From assembly GCA_020630575.1 (NCBI GenBank), contig JAHDBD010000016.1, positions 43,155 through 107,154 on the forward strand: a stretch of DNA of 64,000 bases. Direction: 5' to 3'. A model generated the notes under the pieces. It worked only from the letters and a program-made list of their open reading frames with translations. It was not told the DNA's origin and ran no database searches. The position numbers were made by a program, and so were the translations under genes. Shown here in pieces: positions 17,943-28,171 of the stretch. Each line of letters opens with the position of its first letter. Within the stretch, counting starts at the first letter, position 1. The DNA comes from Bernardetia sp. Its GTDB lineage: Bacteria; Bacteroidota; Bacteroidia; Cytophagales; Bernardetiaceae.

Positions 17943-18401
17943 ATGAAACTGATTTACCAAAACAAAGACGAAAAGCAAAATGCTTTTTACAGAATTTATA
18001 TTGATGAACAAAAGAAATATCTTCTTATCAGTACAGGAGGTGATATTACTCAAGAGTTTCATACTACTACAAATCTTAAGTTTTTAGAAGTAGTCGAAGA
18101 ATACAAATATAATAGCATCATTTTCGATTTGAGTAAGCAAAAATCTACTCAAGTAAAAAGCAGAATTTGGTTTGTTTCTTATGTGACTAAAAAAGCTCAT
18201 TCTATTTTGAGCCAAAATAATATCTATTGTGCTGTTATAAGTTCATCTAATGCCCTAGAAAAAGCTGTTACAAGTATTATTAAAAATTCAATAACAAGTT
18301 TTAAACCTAATATTCATATCGACTTTTTTAATCCTGACCAATTGCAAGAAGCTAAAGATTGGGTAACGCATAAAAACAATGTAGTTTCTATTGCCGAATA
18401 A
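17943..18401 (+). CDS. hypothetical protein
   Basis: A 152-aa ORF with no signal peptide and no recognised motif. It is followed by a 12-bp inverted repeat (18423-18469). Confidence 0.4.
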   Translation: MKLIYQNKDEKQNAFYRIYIDEQKKYLLISTGGDITQEFHTTTNLKFLEVVEEYKYNSIIFDLSKQKSTQVKSRIWFVSYVTKKAHSILSQNNIYCAVISSSNALEKAVTSIIKNSITSFKPNIHIDFFNPDQLQEAKDWVTHKNNVVSIAE

Positions 18402-18471
18402 ATAAGCAGCAAATATTTATTGAAGTTGTTTAAGAATAGAAAAAAACTTTTTTACTTTTAAACAACTTCAT

Positions 18472-19647
18472 TTATTGTAGTCCTTCCCACCAATTTTCAA
18501 AATGTTGATTGCTATTTTGAATTTCTACTTTCTCTCCAATAATTGGAGTTACTAAAGAAAATGGTTTTTCTAAACTTTGATTCAGTGTAGAAACTTTTGT
18601 TAGAGGTTCGTCCCAAGTATGATTAGCAAGAGCAAATTTGGAAGAGTGAACAGGAAATAAACGTTTTGCATTCAAATCTTTAGCAGCTTGTAACACCTCC
18701 TCAGGCATCATGTGAATGTATTTCCAACTTTTATCATATTGTCCATTTTCTAAGATTACCAAATCAAAAACTCCGAATTTATCGCCTGTTTCTTTGAAGT
18801 GTGTATCATAACCACTGTCTCCACCAATATAGATTTGCATAGTAGGACTTTTCAAAACATACGAAGCCCAAAGAGCTTGATTACGCTTAAATCCACGACC
18901 AGAAAAATGACGAGTTGGAATAACATGAACTTCAAAATTGTCATCTAATTTAATTTCTGTATGCCAATCTTCTTCATGAATTTTATCCAAATCAAATCCC
19001 CAATGTTCAAAATGAGCTCCCACACCTAACCCACAAAACACATTCTTGATTTTTGGTTTTAACTTTAAAAGTGTTTCATAATCTACATGATCCCAATGGT
19101 CATGAGATATGAATAAATAATCTATTTCTGGAATGTCATCAGTTGTATAAGCATCTGTTCCATTAAAAGCCTTTACGGTAAACGAAAAAGGAGAAGCCGA
19201 ACCACTAAAAACAGGATCAACTAAAATCGTTTTTCCATCAAGCTGCATAAAATAAGACGAATGTCCGAACCAAACTAAAACATTTTCAGTTGCATCTAAA
19301 GCAAATAAATCAATTTTGGTAGAAGGAATTTTATCTACAGGTGAAACACGGCTTTTGTCTCCAAAAGCAAATTCTTTCATGACTGTATAATAATTAGCAT
19401 CTTCGCTAAGGTCTGGTGTATGATGAATATTTTGAAAAGCTCCATCCTTGTAATTAGGCGATTTTTTGATGCGTTGCAAACGCTCTCCATCAGGAAGTTT
19501 TCCAAATTTGTCTTGTCGTAAAATAAGATTTGTAGCAATTGTAAGCATAATAGTTAAAACTAAAAGAGTGTAGAAAGTTCGTTTGAAAAACTTTTTCAAT
19601 TTTTGTCTAAAGGTTTTTTCAGACCTTTTAAGTGATTTTTTTTTCAT
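18472..19647 (-). CDS. MBL-fold metallo-hydrolase (NAPE-PLD-like), N-terminally membrane-anchored
   Basis: The 'LFISHDHWDHVD' H-x-H-x-D-H metallo-beta-lactamase motif is present. An N-terminal TM helix comes after a basic stretch. Confidence 0.8.
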   Translation of the reverse strand: MKKKSLKRSEKTFRQKLKKFFKRTFYTLLVLTIMLTIATNLILRQDKFGKLPDGERLQRIKKSPNYKDGAFQNIHHTPDLSEDANYYTVMKEFAFGDKSRVSPVDKIPSTKIDLFALDATENVLVWFGHSSYFMQLDGKTILVDPVFSGSASPFSFTVKAFNGTDAYTTDDIPEIDYLFISHDHWDHVDYETLLKLKPKIKNVFCGLGVGAHFEHWGFDLDKIHEEDWHTEIKLDDNFEVHVIPTRHFSGRGFKRNQALWASYVLKSPTMQIYIGGDSGYDTHFKETGDKFGVFDLVILENGQYDKSWKYIHMMPEEVLQAAKDLNAKRLFPVHSSKFALANHTWDEPLTKVSTLNQSLEKPFSLVTPIIGEKVEIQNSNQHFENWWEGLQ

Positions 19648-19802
19648 TTTTAAAAAGTATTTAGAACAAACGAACGTAATATATAATTTTTTGTTTCACA
19701 AAAAAGGTATTTTAATGAAAATTTAGTCATTTTAAAACAAAGTATTTGCTTTCCAAAATTTTCAATTGTTGCAGATTGTGTGTTGAATAGTTAGTTTATT
19801 AT

Positions 19803-19827
19803 GCCGTTGTTGGTGTTTTACAACAAC
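19803..19827. repeat. family B repeat copy (GCCGTTGTTGGTGttttaCAACAAC)
   Basis: It is the reverse complement of the CACCAACAACGGC core. It sits immediately 3' of the O-antigen-ligase-like gene stop (19833). Confidence 0.5.
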
Positions 19828-19832
19828 AAATA

Positions 19833-21785
19833 TTATTTACAAGGAGCAGGACATTTTTCAATCATTTCCTTTGCACTCAATGTATCTTTTTTCAGAAGAT
19901 AATTATTATACATCTGTTGATAAGTTTCAGGTAAATGGGGGATTATTTTTTGCATTTTATCATAATAAAAAATAGCACTATCATATTTTTTTTCAGATTG
20001 ATAAAGAACAGCTACTTGTTTCAAAAGTGCAATACTATAAGGCATTTGTTCTAATCCTTTTAGATAATTTTCTTTTGCAGCTTTGAGATTTTTTAAGTTA
20101 AGATATGCATAACCTTTATGCATATAAACCGAATTGATAAAATAATCAGATGGCACAAAATAGTCATTTATTTGGTCAGCCAAAGGCAAAACAGCATTAA
20201 AATTTCGGTTTTGATTATTGATAAGTAAATCAATTGTTTTGGCTTTATCTCGGTTCTGAACAAAGGAAATATAAACACAAATAGCTAATACAAATAGACT
20301 TAAATAGGCTAAATAAGTAGGAATTGTTTTGAAAGTAGGAAGAATAACTTTAGGTTTTTCAATGTGTTTTTGAACTGATTTTGAACCTGTTTTTTTATTT
20401 TTAGATTTAATTTTCTTCTTATTTTTCGAGTTTTGTATAATCGGTTTTTCTTCTATCTTAATTTTTTCTACTTCATCAATTTCCTTCTTTGTATTAGATT
20501 CTGAAAGATATTTTTTACTAAATAATTTTCTATCATCTATCAAAATAATTCCAATACTGGTAGTCAAAATAAGAGTATGAACAATTCTTTCTTTTGGAAA
20601 AGAAAAGACAGAATCAATTAGAAAAGCAAAAACAACAAGCACCAAAATATTTTTGTTTTTTATTCCGACATACACCAAATAGCTCATCAAAAAAAGATAA
20701 AAAAGCAGTGTAATAATTCCACTTTCGGCAGCTATCCACAGAAAATCATTGTGAGGACGTTGTACATTAACTTCATTTTTTTCACTTCTGAGTCCTTCCA
20801 AACTATATTTGGGAATTTGGTATTTCCAATTTTGAAAACCTACTCCTAAAAATGGATTTTCTTTTATCATTGAAAGTGTTTTTTCCCAAAGTAAAAGTCG
20901 TTCTGCTTGGCTATCTGTTTGTGTCAAATCTCTCCAACTTTTTTCTTTAGAGTTTTGGTCAAAATTTCCAGTATTTAAAATTGAATATTTATAAAACACA
21001 AAACCACCAATACTTCCCAAAACCAAAACAGTAAGCGCAACATACAAAAAGCGAAGATTGAGCAAGAAATAAAGCACATAAAAAAGACCTATAAAAGCTG
21101 TTGCAACATAAGCACTACGAGTTTGAGAAAGATAAACTCCTATCAAAATCAGAATTATTCCTATCAGATAGAACACTATATTGACAAGATTATTTTCTTC
21201 TCTATTGGCTTGGGTATTTTCACTTTTATTTTCTTTCTTAATTGCATTTTGAAAGCCCAAAAGAGCAAAAGGAAGTCCTAACACCAAATATGAACCAAAA
21301 AGATTACGATTGACCAAAAAGCCACAAGGTGCAACTCCATCAGCACAGTTTTCTAAAACTCCTATATATTGCAAAATCCCTATTGTCGCCAAAATAACAG
21401 CTTGCAACGAAATAATTTTGGCAAGTAAAGTCAATAATTTTTCTTCTTTTTTGATAAAATGAATAGAAAAAATGATAGAAAAAAAACAATTAATCAGTCG
21501 TATAATCTCTGAAACTCCTTCCAGCTGAAAAGGAGCATATAAAAAATGAACTAGCAAATAACTCAAAATTCCGAGTACAGCATAACCTAAAAAAGAAACG
21601 ACACCTATTTTTTTGACTATGGAAAAAGGTATTTCTTTAAAGCTAAAAACCAAAATTAAAAAATTAACCACACTCCAAACTGTTGTTCTGAAAAGAACAG
21701 AATCAATTTGAGTTTGTCCATTTTTGGCAAATAAGAAGGGAAGAAAAGCAAGACTAGCAAGCCAGAGCCATTTAGAAGGATTCAT
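19833..21785 (-). CDS. O-antigen ligase (Wzy_C)-like polytopic membrane protein with C-terminal TPR repeats
   Basis: It has more than 10 predicted TM helices, then a K-rich linker and a TPR-like C-terminus (AKENYLKGLEQMPYSIALLKQVAVLYQ...). This architecture is typical of Bacteroidota O-antigen ligase family proteins. Confidence 0.7.
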   Translation of the reverse strand: MNPSKWLWLASLAFLPFLFAKNGQTQIDSVLFRTTVWSVVNFLILVFSFKEIPFSIVKKIGVVSFLGYAVLGILSYLLVHFLYAPFQLEGVSEIIRLINCFFSIIFSIHFIKKEEKLLTLLAKIISLQAVILATIGILQYIGVLENCADGVAPCGFLVNRNLFGSYLVLGLPFALLGFQNAIKKENKSENTQANREENNLVNIVFYLIGIILILIGVYLSQTRSAYVATAFIGLFYVLYFLLNLRFLYVALTVLVLGSIGGFVFYKYSILNTGNFDQNSKEKSWRDLTQTDSQAERLLLWEKTLSMIKENPFLGVGFQNWKYQIPKYSLEGLRSEKNEVNVQRPHNDFLWIAAESGIITLLFYLFLMSYLVYVGIKNKNILVLVVFAFLIDSVFSFPKERIVHTLILTTSIGIILIDDRKLFSKKYLSESNTKKEIDEVEKIKIEEKPIIQNSKNKKKIKSKNKKTGSKSVQKHIEKPKVILPTFKTIPTYLAYLSLFVLAICVYISFVQNRDKAKTIDLLINNQNRNFNAVLPLADQINDYFVPSDYFINSVYMHKGYAYLNLKNLKAAKENYLKGLEQMPYSIALLKQVAVLYQSEKKYDSAIFYYDKMQKIIPHLPETYQQMYNNYLLKKDTLSAKEMIEKCPAPCK

Positions 21786-21928
21786 TAAAAAGAAGTCAAA
21801 TAGAAAAAGAATTTATTTTTAGTCGTTCAAATGTATTGATTTTTTGAGAGATTTTATAATCCATAAAAAAGACATTTACTTTTATAAAAATAGTAAATGT
21901 CTTTTTCTTGTTTTAAAGCTGAACTTAT

Positions 21929-22750
21929 CTATTCTGCTGCTGCTGGTTTTTCTACACGAGTTGTAAACACATTAGATACATCTCCGTTTGAAAGAATAAG
22001 TGTTGTCTCTATGTCTAGAAAAGTGCTACTTCCAAATTGAATAGGAATACTATAAATAAGGCGTTTTTTGTCTTCGCTTAATGTAATTTCACTAGGAGTT
22101 TTTGTGATAGGCTCAGGTCTGTCTCCATTACTAAAAATAGGAGTTAGTTTAACACTAAGTCCTGATGCGTTTATTCTATCATAAGGGTCTTCAATATTGA
22201 TTTCGATAGTAAAACGAGTTGCATTTCCCAAGTCTTCACCCAAATCATTTGTCCCCAAATCTACGGTATTGAGTTCATTAAATTGAGGAGAACCACTTCC
22301 TATAATCTCAGGAGGGGCGACAGCTTGTCCTTTTACACCAAAACTAAATACAGGAAAAGCAGGGTCATTTGTAGAAAAACTAATCTTTCCTATTGTTGTC
22401 CCTCCTAATTTGGGAGCAAAAGTAACAGAAAATTTCAGACTTTGTTTAGGGAATAAAGCAACTGTATCTTTTTCTAGTTTTACAAAAAAATCTGGGCTAT
22501 CACTCGTAATTTGACTAAAGTAAAGCATTTGTTCACCTGTATTTGTAAGTGTATAACTTTTGGTTACAGAATCTTTCAAAATTCTCAATGTACCATATTC
22601 TACTAGTGTAGATTGGTTTTGCATAGGAGCTGTGCCTTGCTTTACCTGTACAGAATTAGGTTGTATAGAGTCTAATTCTGCTTGCATCATACAAGATGTA
22701 AACACAGATAGACACAGGAGGATATATATTATTTTTCTTGTCATTTTCAT
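21929..22750 (-). CDS. hypothetical lipoprotein
   Basis: A 273-aa ORF with a signal peptide and lipobox 'VFTSC'. No motifs are recognised. Confidence 0.5.
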   Translation of the reverse strand: MKMTRKIIYILLCLSVFTSCMMQAELDSIQPNSVQVKQGTAPMQNQSTLVEYGTLRILKDSVTKSYTLTNTGEQMLYFSQITSDSPDFFVKLEKDTVALFPKQSLKFSVTFAPKLGGTTIGKISFSTNDPAFPVFSFGVKGQAVAPPEIIGSGSPQFNELNTVDLGTNDLGEDLGNATRFTIEINIEDPYDRINASGLSVKLTPIFSNGDRPEPITKTPSEITLSEDKKRLIYSIPIQFGSSTFLDIETTLILSNGDVSNVFTTRVEKPAAAE

Positions 22751-22759
22751 AAATTGATA

Positions 22760-23437
22760 TTAAAATAATTCATTTTTTACATAAATAGTGTTAATAGTTG
22801 TCGTTCCATAGATTGTATAACCTAACTCTTTCATTAAGTTATCAAATCGTTCTTTGTAGATATAGCCTTCTGTATAGCTATATGTTTCTACACAAACCAG
22901 TTTAGGAGTGGTTTGAAATTGCTTTAGAGATTCCAATATTTGATAATCCCAACCTTCCACATCTAATGATAAGAAATCTGGAAACACACTTTTACTATAT
23001 TTTTCAAGAACATAAGTCAATGTTTTTACTTGTACATCTATTACTTTTTCTATGCGTGCTGAACCTTTCTCCTCATATCTTTTAGCCTCTTCTTCGGAAA
23101 AAGTATTTAGTGTAGGCGAATTCATTGAGTAATAAGCCAAAACAGATTCTTCATTACCAATACCAATATTCAAATTTGTATCTTCTGGACGATATTTAGT
23201 AAATTTTTCAAACCCATCAGGATTAGGTTCGATAATAATTCCTCTTGAACCTTTTTCATAAAAAAGTGCTGTATTACTTATTTTGTAAGGATGGTATGCT
23301 CCAATATCAATATAAGAAGGCTTATCTATCTTACGAGCAGTAAAGAAAAAATCTATAATCAAATCTTCTCCTGATTGTGAATAACTGACTTTTTGATGCA
23401 ACTCTTTTTCAGAGGGTTTTGCTTTTCTAAATAACAT
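22760..23437 (-). CDS. FkbM-family methyltransferase
   Basis: 'YIDIGAYHPYKISNTALFYEKGSRGIIIEP' is the FkbM-type SAM-MTase core. The start was moved to the internal ATG (MLFRKAK). The track ORF extends to 23491. Confidence 0.65.
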   Translation of the reverse strand: MLFRKAKPSEKELHQKVSYSQSGEDLIIDFFFTARKIDKPSYIDIGAYHPYKISNTALFYEKGSRGIIIEPNPDGFEKFTKYRPEDTNLNIGIGNEESVLAYYSMNSPTLNTFSEEEAKRYEEKGSARIEKVIDVQVKTLTYVLEKYSKSVFPDFLSLDVEGWDYQILESLKQFQTTPKLVCVETYSYTEGYIYKERFDNLMKELGYTIYGTTTINTIYVKNELF

Positions 23438-23749
23438 GGGATGAGGTTTAGAATGAAATGACAAAGTTCTGTTATTATAACGATAACACAAAAATTAAAG
23501 GCAAAAAATAAGCCTATAAAATTTTATTTATCAGATATACATTATTTTTGGATAACTTTATTCAGAAAGGTCTTTTTTTGCTTTAAAAACTAACAAATGT
23601 TATTTCTAATCTGTTAAATCAAAAATAAAGCAAATTAAAACCTCTGAATAGCTGTTTTTGAAAAATAGTGTGTATTTTGGCTTAATTTTTTAGACTAGTT
23701 TATTCAAGTTCAAATGATATAAAAATAGGAACAGTAAAATACCATAACG

Positions 23750-26095
23750 TTGATTTACCATTTTTATTCGCTTTCATTCAAGTTATCCAACATTACTAAT
23801 TTATACATGAAAACATACCTTCAAAATATATATTCAACTACTGAAAATGATAGCACACTTTTTCAGAAAACAAAGCAATCCATTAACTCCAAAATTAAAT
23901 CTACTTTCAGATTTGGCTATGTAGGAGCTTTTGCTCTTTTGGTTTTGTCTTCTTGTAATCAAAATCAAAATACTGCTGAAGCTCAAGAGTTAGATTCTAA
24001 TCAAGTTCCAATAGAGATGGTAGCTCAGAATGTAGCCTTGCAATATCCAAGTTTGGCTACTTTAGACAATCCAGATGAAGATAATGAAGAGAAAAATCGC
24101 TTTTTGCTTACTCTTTTAGTGCAAGCTCTAACACAACAACATTATCAACCCTTAGCTTTAGATGATGATTTTGCAGCTAAAACATTTGATTTGTTTTTGA
24201 AGCGAATGGATAACAATAAACGTTATTTTACACAAGAAGACTTTAAGAAAATTGAAGCTCAAAAAAATCTAATCGATGACCAAGCTCTACAAGGCGACTA
24301 TGCTTTTTTTAATACAGCTTATGAAATCTTCGAACAAAGATTAAAAGAATCAGAAGAAATAAGTACAGAAGTTCTCAAAACACCTTTTGATTTTACTAAA
24401 GATGAGACAATTGAGTTAGATGGTGACAAAGCAATTTATGCAAAAGATGAAGCCGAACAAAAAGAGGTTTGGCGCAAACTTTTAAAATATCAGGTGATGG
24501 TTCGTTTAGATGATTTGTTACAAGCCGAAGAGAAAAAACAAAAAGAGGAAAAAGGCTATAAAGCAAAATCATTGGCTGAATTAGAAAAAGATGCTCGTGA
24601 GCGTGTACAAAAAAATCAAGATGAGTTTTTTAAACGCATGTATCGCTTAAAGAAAAAAGATTGGAGAAATCTATATTTAAACAGTATTACAAGTGCTTAC
24701 GACCCACACACAGAATATTATCCACCAAAAGACAAAGAAAATTTTGATATTCAGTTTTCAGGTCAGTTTGAAGGAATTGGAGCAACACTACAAGAACGTG
24801 AAGGCGAAATAAAAGTAATGAATATCGTTCCAGGGAGTGCATCTTGGAAACAGGGCGACCTAAAAGAAGGCGATATTATCCAAAAAGTAGCACAAGGAGA
24901 TGAAGAACCTGTTTCTATTATTGATATGCCTTTAGATGATGCTGTTCAGCTTATTCGTGGAAAAAAAGGGTCAGAAGTTCGTCTCACAGTTAAGAAAGTA
25001 GATGGAACAACAAAGATAATCCCAATCATTCGTGATGTAGTTGTATTGGCTGAAACATACGCCAAATCTGTTGTTTTAGAACCTCAAAAAGGAAAGAAAA
25101 TTGGTTATATAAAACTTCCTTCTTTTTATTCTAATTTTCAAGATAAAAATGGACGTACTTCTTCAAGAGATATGAAAGAAGAACTCATCAAACTCAATGA
25201 AGCTAATGTAGAAAGCCTAATTTTGGACTTGAGAAATAATGGTGGAGGTTCGTTAGGAGATGTGATTGATATTGTCGGCTTATTTATCGAAACAGGTCCT
25301 GTAGTACAAGTGAAAGCTCGTGGTGGTCTACCAAAAGTTTATTCTGACAATGACAAAGAAGTAGTTTTTGATAAACCTTTGATTGTTTTGGTAAATGAAT
25401 TTAGTGCTTCGGCTTCTGAAATCTTTGCTGCTGCTGTTCAAGATTATAATCGTGGTATTGTCGTCGGAAGTCCTACTTTTGGAAAAGGTTCGGTTCAAAA
25501 CTTCCTTGATTTGGATAGAGTTTTGGGCGAAGAATATGCAAGTATTAAGCCTTTAGGAGCTTTAAAACTCACTATTCAAAAATATTATCGTATTAATGGA
25601 GGAGCTACTCAGCTTAAAGGAGTTGTTCCAGATATTACACTTCCAGATATGTATTCGTATATAGATTTTGGCGAAGAGCAAGAACCGTATGCACTAAAGT
25701 GGGATGAAATTAGAAAAGCAAAATACCAAGAATGGTCTCCAAACTACAAATTGGATAAAGTTCAGAAAGAAACAGACAAACGAGTTTCTAAAAACACTAT
25801 TTTCTCTTCTATTGATGAAAATGCACAACGTCTGAATAAACGACGAAACGAAACCCTTTATTCGCTTAATTTGCAGCAATATAGAGACTTACAACGTACT
25901 TTAGAAGAAGAATCTAAGAAATACGAAAACTTGGTACAGGCAGATGAAACTCTTAAAATCTTAGCTTTAAAGAAAGATTTGGAAGAGAATAAAGCAGATA
26001 CAGTAAAGCAAGCTAGTTTTAATAAATTTGAGAAAGAACTCAAAAAAGATATTCATTTACTAGAAGCTATCCGTATTATGAACCAAGTACAGTAA
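23750..26095 (+). CDS. tail-specific / C-terminal processing protease (peptidase S41, long form)
   Basis: It has a PDZ segment 'GIGATLQEREGEIKVMNIVPGSASWKQGDLKEGDII'. The S41 catalytic region has 'NNGGGSLGD' and 'FSASASEIFAAAVQDY' (Ser/Lys dyad context). It is 781 aa. An alternative start is at 23807 (MKTYLQ). It has a signal / lipobox region. Confidence 0.85.
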   Translation: MIYHFYSLSFKLSNITNLYMKTYLQNIYSTTENDSTLFQKTKQSINSKIKSTFRFGYVGAFALLVLSSCNQNQNTAEAQELDSNQVPIEMVAQNVALQYPSLATLDNPDEDNEEKNRFLLTLLVQALTQQHYQPLALDDDFAAKTFDLFLKRMDNNKRYFTQEDFKKIEAQKNLIDDQALQGDYAFFNTAYEIFEQRLKESEEISTEVLKTPFDFTKDETIELDGDKAIYAKDEAEQKEVWRKLLKYQVMVRLDDLLQAEEKKQKEEKGYKAKSLAELEKDARERVQKNQDEFFKRMYRLKKKDWRNLYLNSITSAYDPHTEYYPPKDKENFDIQFSGQFEGIGATLQEREGEIKVMNIVPGSASWKQGDLKEGDIIQKVAQGDEEPVSIIDMPLDDAVQLIRGKKGSEVRLTVKKVDGTTKIIPIIRDVVVLAETYAKSVVLEPQKGKKIGYIKLPSFYSNFQDKNGRTSSRDMKEELIKLNEANVESLILDLRNNGGGSLGDVIDIVGLFIETGPVVQVKARGGLPKVYSDNDKEVVFDKPLIVLVNEFSASASEIFAAAVQDYNRGIVVGSPTFGKGSVQNFLDLDRVLGEEYASIKPLGALKLTIQKYYRINGGATQLKGVVPDITLPDMYSYIDFGEEQEPYALKWDEIRKAKYQEWSPNYKLDKVQKETDKRVSKNTIFSSIDENAQRLNKRRNETLYSLNLQQYRDLQRTLEEESKKYENLVQADETLKILALKKDLEENKADTVKQASFNKFEKELKKDIHLLEAIRIMNQVQ

Positions 26096-26144
26096 ATTCA
26101 CCGTCGTTGAGGTTCAAATGAAACCGTCAACGAGATATAAAAAA

Positions 26145-26178
26145 AAGAGTTTGATTTTCTTCAAACTCTTTTTTTTTG
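26145..26178 (+). terminator. intrinsic terminator of the S41 protease gene
   Basis: AAGAGTTTGA-ttttct-TCAAACTCTT is followed by a T9 run. Confidence 0.6.
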
Positions 26179-26210
26179 ATTCTATTTTTCAATCATAAAT
26201 TTACCACGCA

Positions 26211-26588
26211 ATGAAAAAATTATTTTTTTATCCTCTCTTTATTTTATTAGTGTTTACTTCTTGCTACCAAACAAAAGAGCTTTCAAGTGAGTCAGAAGAT
26301 AAAGATACAGTACATCAAGTATTGAAATGTGAATCTGTCAAAAGTTTTATAGAAATGACCTTACAAGATTCTCCTAAAAAACCAAGCGCATACATAGACA
26401 AGTTTTTGTATAAAGGTCAGTATGTGTTTTTCTTAGAAGAAGGCGGAGAAACGTATCCTGATAAAATGTATACTATCATAAACGCTGACTGTGAAGTAGT
26501 ATGCCGTTCGGGTGGAATAGCAGGATTTGTATGTGAAGATTTTGATAAAGCAGAGTTTGTAGAAAGAATTTGGAAAGATGAGAGATAA
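26211..26588 (+). CDS. small hypothetical lipoprotein
   Basis: A 125-aa ORF with a signal peptide and lipobox 'VFTSC'. It contains four Cys. Confidence 0.45.
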   Translation: MKKLFFYPLFILLVFTSCYQTKELSSESEDKDTVHQVLKCESVKSFIEMTLQDSPKKPSAYIDKFLYKGQYVFFLEEGGETYPDKMYTIINADCEVVCRSGGIAGFVCEDFDKAEFVERIWKDER

Positions 26589-26646
26589 ATCCCATCAAAA
26601 AATAGCATAGGTTTTCAAAAATCTGTGCTGTTTTTTTATATAAAAA

Positions 26647-27786
26647 TCAGAGAATCAACAAATTACACCCTCTAACATCTGAATAATCAAAACGTCCCAA
26701 AACTTGAAACTCTCCCTTTGAGTTGATTTTTCCTAAATCCTGTGTTTCTATAAAAGCACAACTTTCCACATTAGCCAAATCTATGACATTGACTGCCCCA
26801 CTTTGAATTTCAGATTCATTTTCTATGTTTTTCAATTCAAAAGGGTCATTTGTATCACGAATAATAATTTTGAGATAAGAAGGAGTTTGAAACCAAATTT
26901 CATTATTATCTAAATTATTTTTTTCTAGATTTTTAATCGCATATCCTTGAGACAAAAGCTCTGTCATTCCGTATTCTGAATCAATTGCAGAAACACCAAA
27001 AGCAGTCTTTAAAATGTGATGAACCTCTTCTCTTACCATTTCCTTTTTTCGTCCTTTCATTCCTCCTGTTTCCATCACAATTATTTCATTCTTTTTAGTG
27101 AGAGTTGTTTCTAAACTTTCAAATTGTTTGGTTTTAGGTAAACGATAGTTAGGATATTTTTCTTTCAAAAAATCAGCAAAATCTAAAAGTGCAAATGTTA
27201 CACCTAGCAAGAGAATTGGTTTTGTAGGATTTGTTATAGTTGCTTTTTCTAATTCATTCTTCAATTTCTCATAATCATACAGGAAATAATTTGAATTGGG
27301 TTGTGCATTTTTCAAAAAATAATCTACCATATAAATTAGCGAAGAACCATCACGCTCCAAATAAGAAGGCAGCAGCGCAAAAATCTGAAAATCACTTAAT
27401 TGTCCGTATTCTTTATACAATTCTTCAAAAATAAATTGGCTTGATTTTTCATAAAAATGCAAATCCGAAAGAGCATGTTTACTTCTCTGTGTCAAATCTG
27501 TTGTTCCACTACTTGTAAAAATTTGATTTGTCTTTACACCTTCTATTTGTACTGTATGTGACTTAAAAAAACGAATTGGCAAAAATGGAATTTTATAAAT
27601 AGAATTTATGTCTGACTTATTAATATTTAATTTTTCTATATACTGCTTATAAACAGGATTATATTCTGATTGAAAATAAAATAACTCCAAAGCTTTATTT
27701 TCAAATGCTTCAAAATCGTTTTTTGGAATAGAGAAAATACTCTCTTTGTACTTTTTTATAAAATTTTCGTCCATATTATAAATCAA
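26647..27786 (-). CDS. LuxE/PaaK-like acyl-protein synthetase (adenylate-forming) family protein
   Basis: It is 379 aa. The N-terminal helical region and central 'SSGTTD' P-loop-like adenylation motif resemble the LuxE acyl-protein synthetase family common in Bacteroidota. No LuxC partner is adjacent. Confidence 0.55.
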   Translation of the reverse strand: MIYNMDENFIKKYKESIFSIPKNDFEAFENKALELFYFQSEYNPVYKQYIEKLNINKSDINSIYKIPFLPIRFFKSHTVQIEGVKTNQIFTSSGTTDLTQRSKHALSDLHFYEKSSQFIFEELYKEYGQLSDFQIFALLPSYLERDGSSLIYMVDYFLKNAQPNSNYFLYDYEKLKNELEKATITNPTKPILLLGVTFALLDFADFLKEKYPNYRLPKTKQFESLETTLTKKNEIIVMETGGMKGRKKEMVREEVHHILKTAFGVSAIDSEYGMTELLSQGYAIKNLEKNNLDNNEIWFQTPSYLKIIIRDTNDPFELKNIENESEIQSGAVNVIDLANVESCAFIETQDLGKINSKGEFQVLGRFDYSDVRGCNLLIL

Positions 27787-27829
27787 TTACGAATTATGAA
27801 ATAATCAGCGTAGCTAATTATTGTTGGTG
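27785..27829. repeat. family A repeat copy fused to a family B half-site (AATTACGAATTATGAAATAATCAGCGTAGCTAATTA + TTGTTGGTG)
   Basis: It matches 6461-6496 at about 33 of 36 positions. It overlaps the first two nt of the LuxE-like start codon region. Confidence 0.55.
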
Positions 27830-27840
27830 TTTCCTAAAAC

Positions 27841-27880
27841 TTTTTACTGGTTCAAGCGTCGATGCTTGAACCAGTAAAAA
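27841..27880. other. perfect 17-bp stem / 6-nt loop hairpin flanked by T/A runs (TTTTTACTGGTTCAAGC-gtcgat-GCTTGAACCAGTAAAAA)
   Basis: An inverted repeat seen directly. It lies between the divergent starts of the LuxE-like gene (27786) and hslU (28172), next to family A/B repeats. Its function is unknown (bidirectional terminator-like). Confidence 0.5.
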
Positions 27881-28080
27881 GAAAACTAAAAAGGTTCTTT
27901 TTCGTTAAGAAAGGAATACTATTTTCGATAACCTTTCAACAACTGTTAGAAAGTAATTTAAAAGTAGCTAAAACAAGTATAAAAATGAAATAACAATTTT
28001 TATTCTCACAAAAAATTACGATACTTGTTAGATTAACAATAAACTGATAAATTTAAAATCTAATAAGCTAAAAATCGTCG

Positions 28081-28159
28081 GTGGGAACATCGACAATGGC
28101 GAGGAGAATAACAAGTCGCTGTTTTTTCCGTTGTTAGTATCCCTACCAACAACAAAACT
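28081..28159. repeat. degenerate family B repeat copy (..CGACAATGGCGAGgagAATAACAAG.. + GTTGTTAGTAtcccTACCAACAAC palindrome)
   Basis: The tail resembles 2648-2662 (GGCGAGAATAAGCAA). The palindrome at 28131-28154 follows the GTTGTTGGTG/CACCAACAAC pattern. It is immediately upstream of the hslU start. Confidence 0.4.
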
Positions 28160-28171
28160 GAAAAAAAATTT

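Noticed and set aside
18423-18469. 12-bp inverted repeat GAAGTTGTTTAA...TTAAACAACTTC between convergent genes 17943-18401 and 18472-19647
   Set aside because: It is probably a terminator, but the 23-nt A-rich loop makes it atypical. It was not listed as a confident terminator.
27787-28171. Looked for an hslV gene, or any small ORF, upstream of hslU
   Set aside because: No ORF above ~60 codons is present. The region consists of repeat elements and a hairpin.
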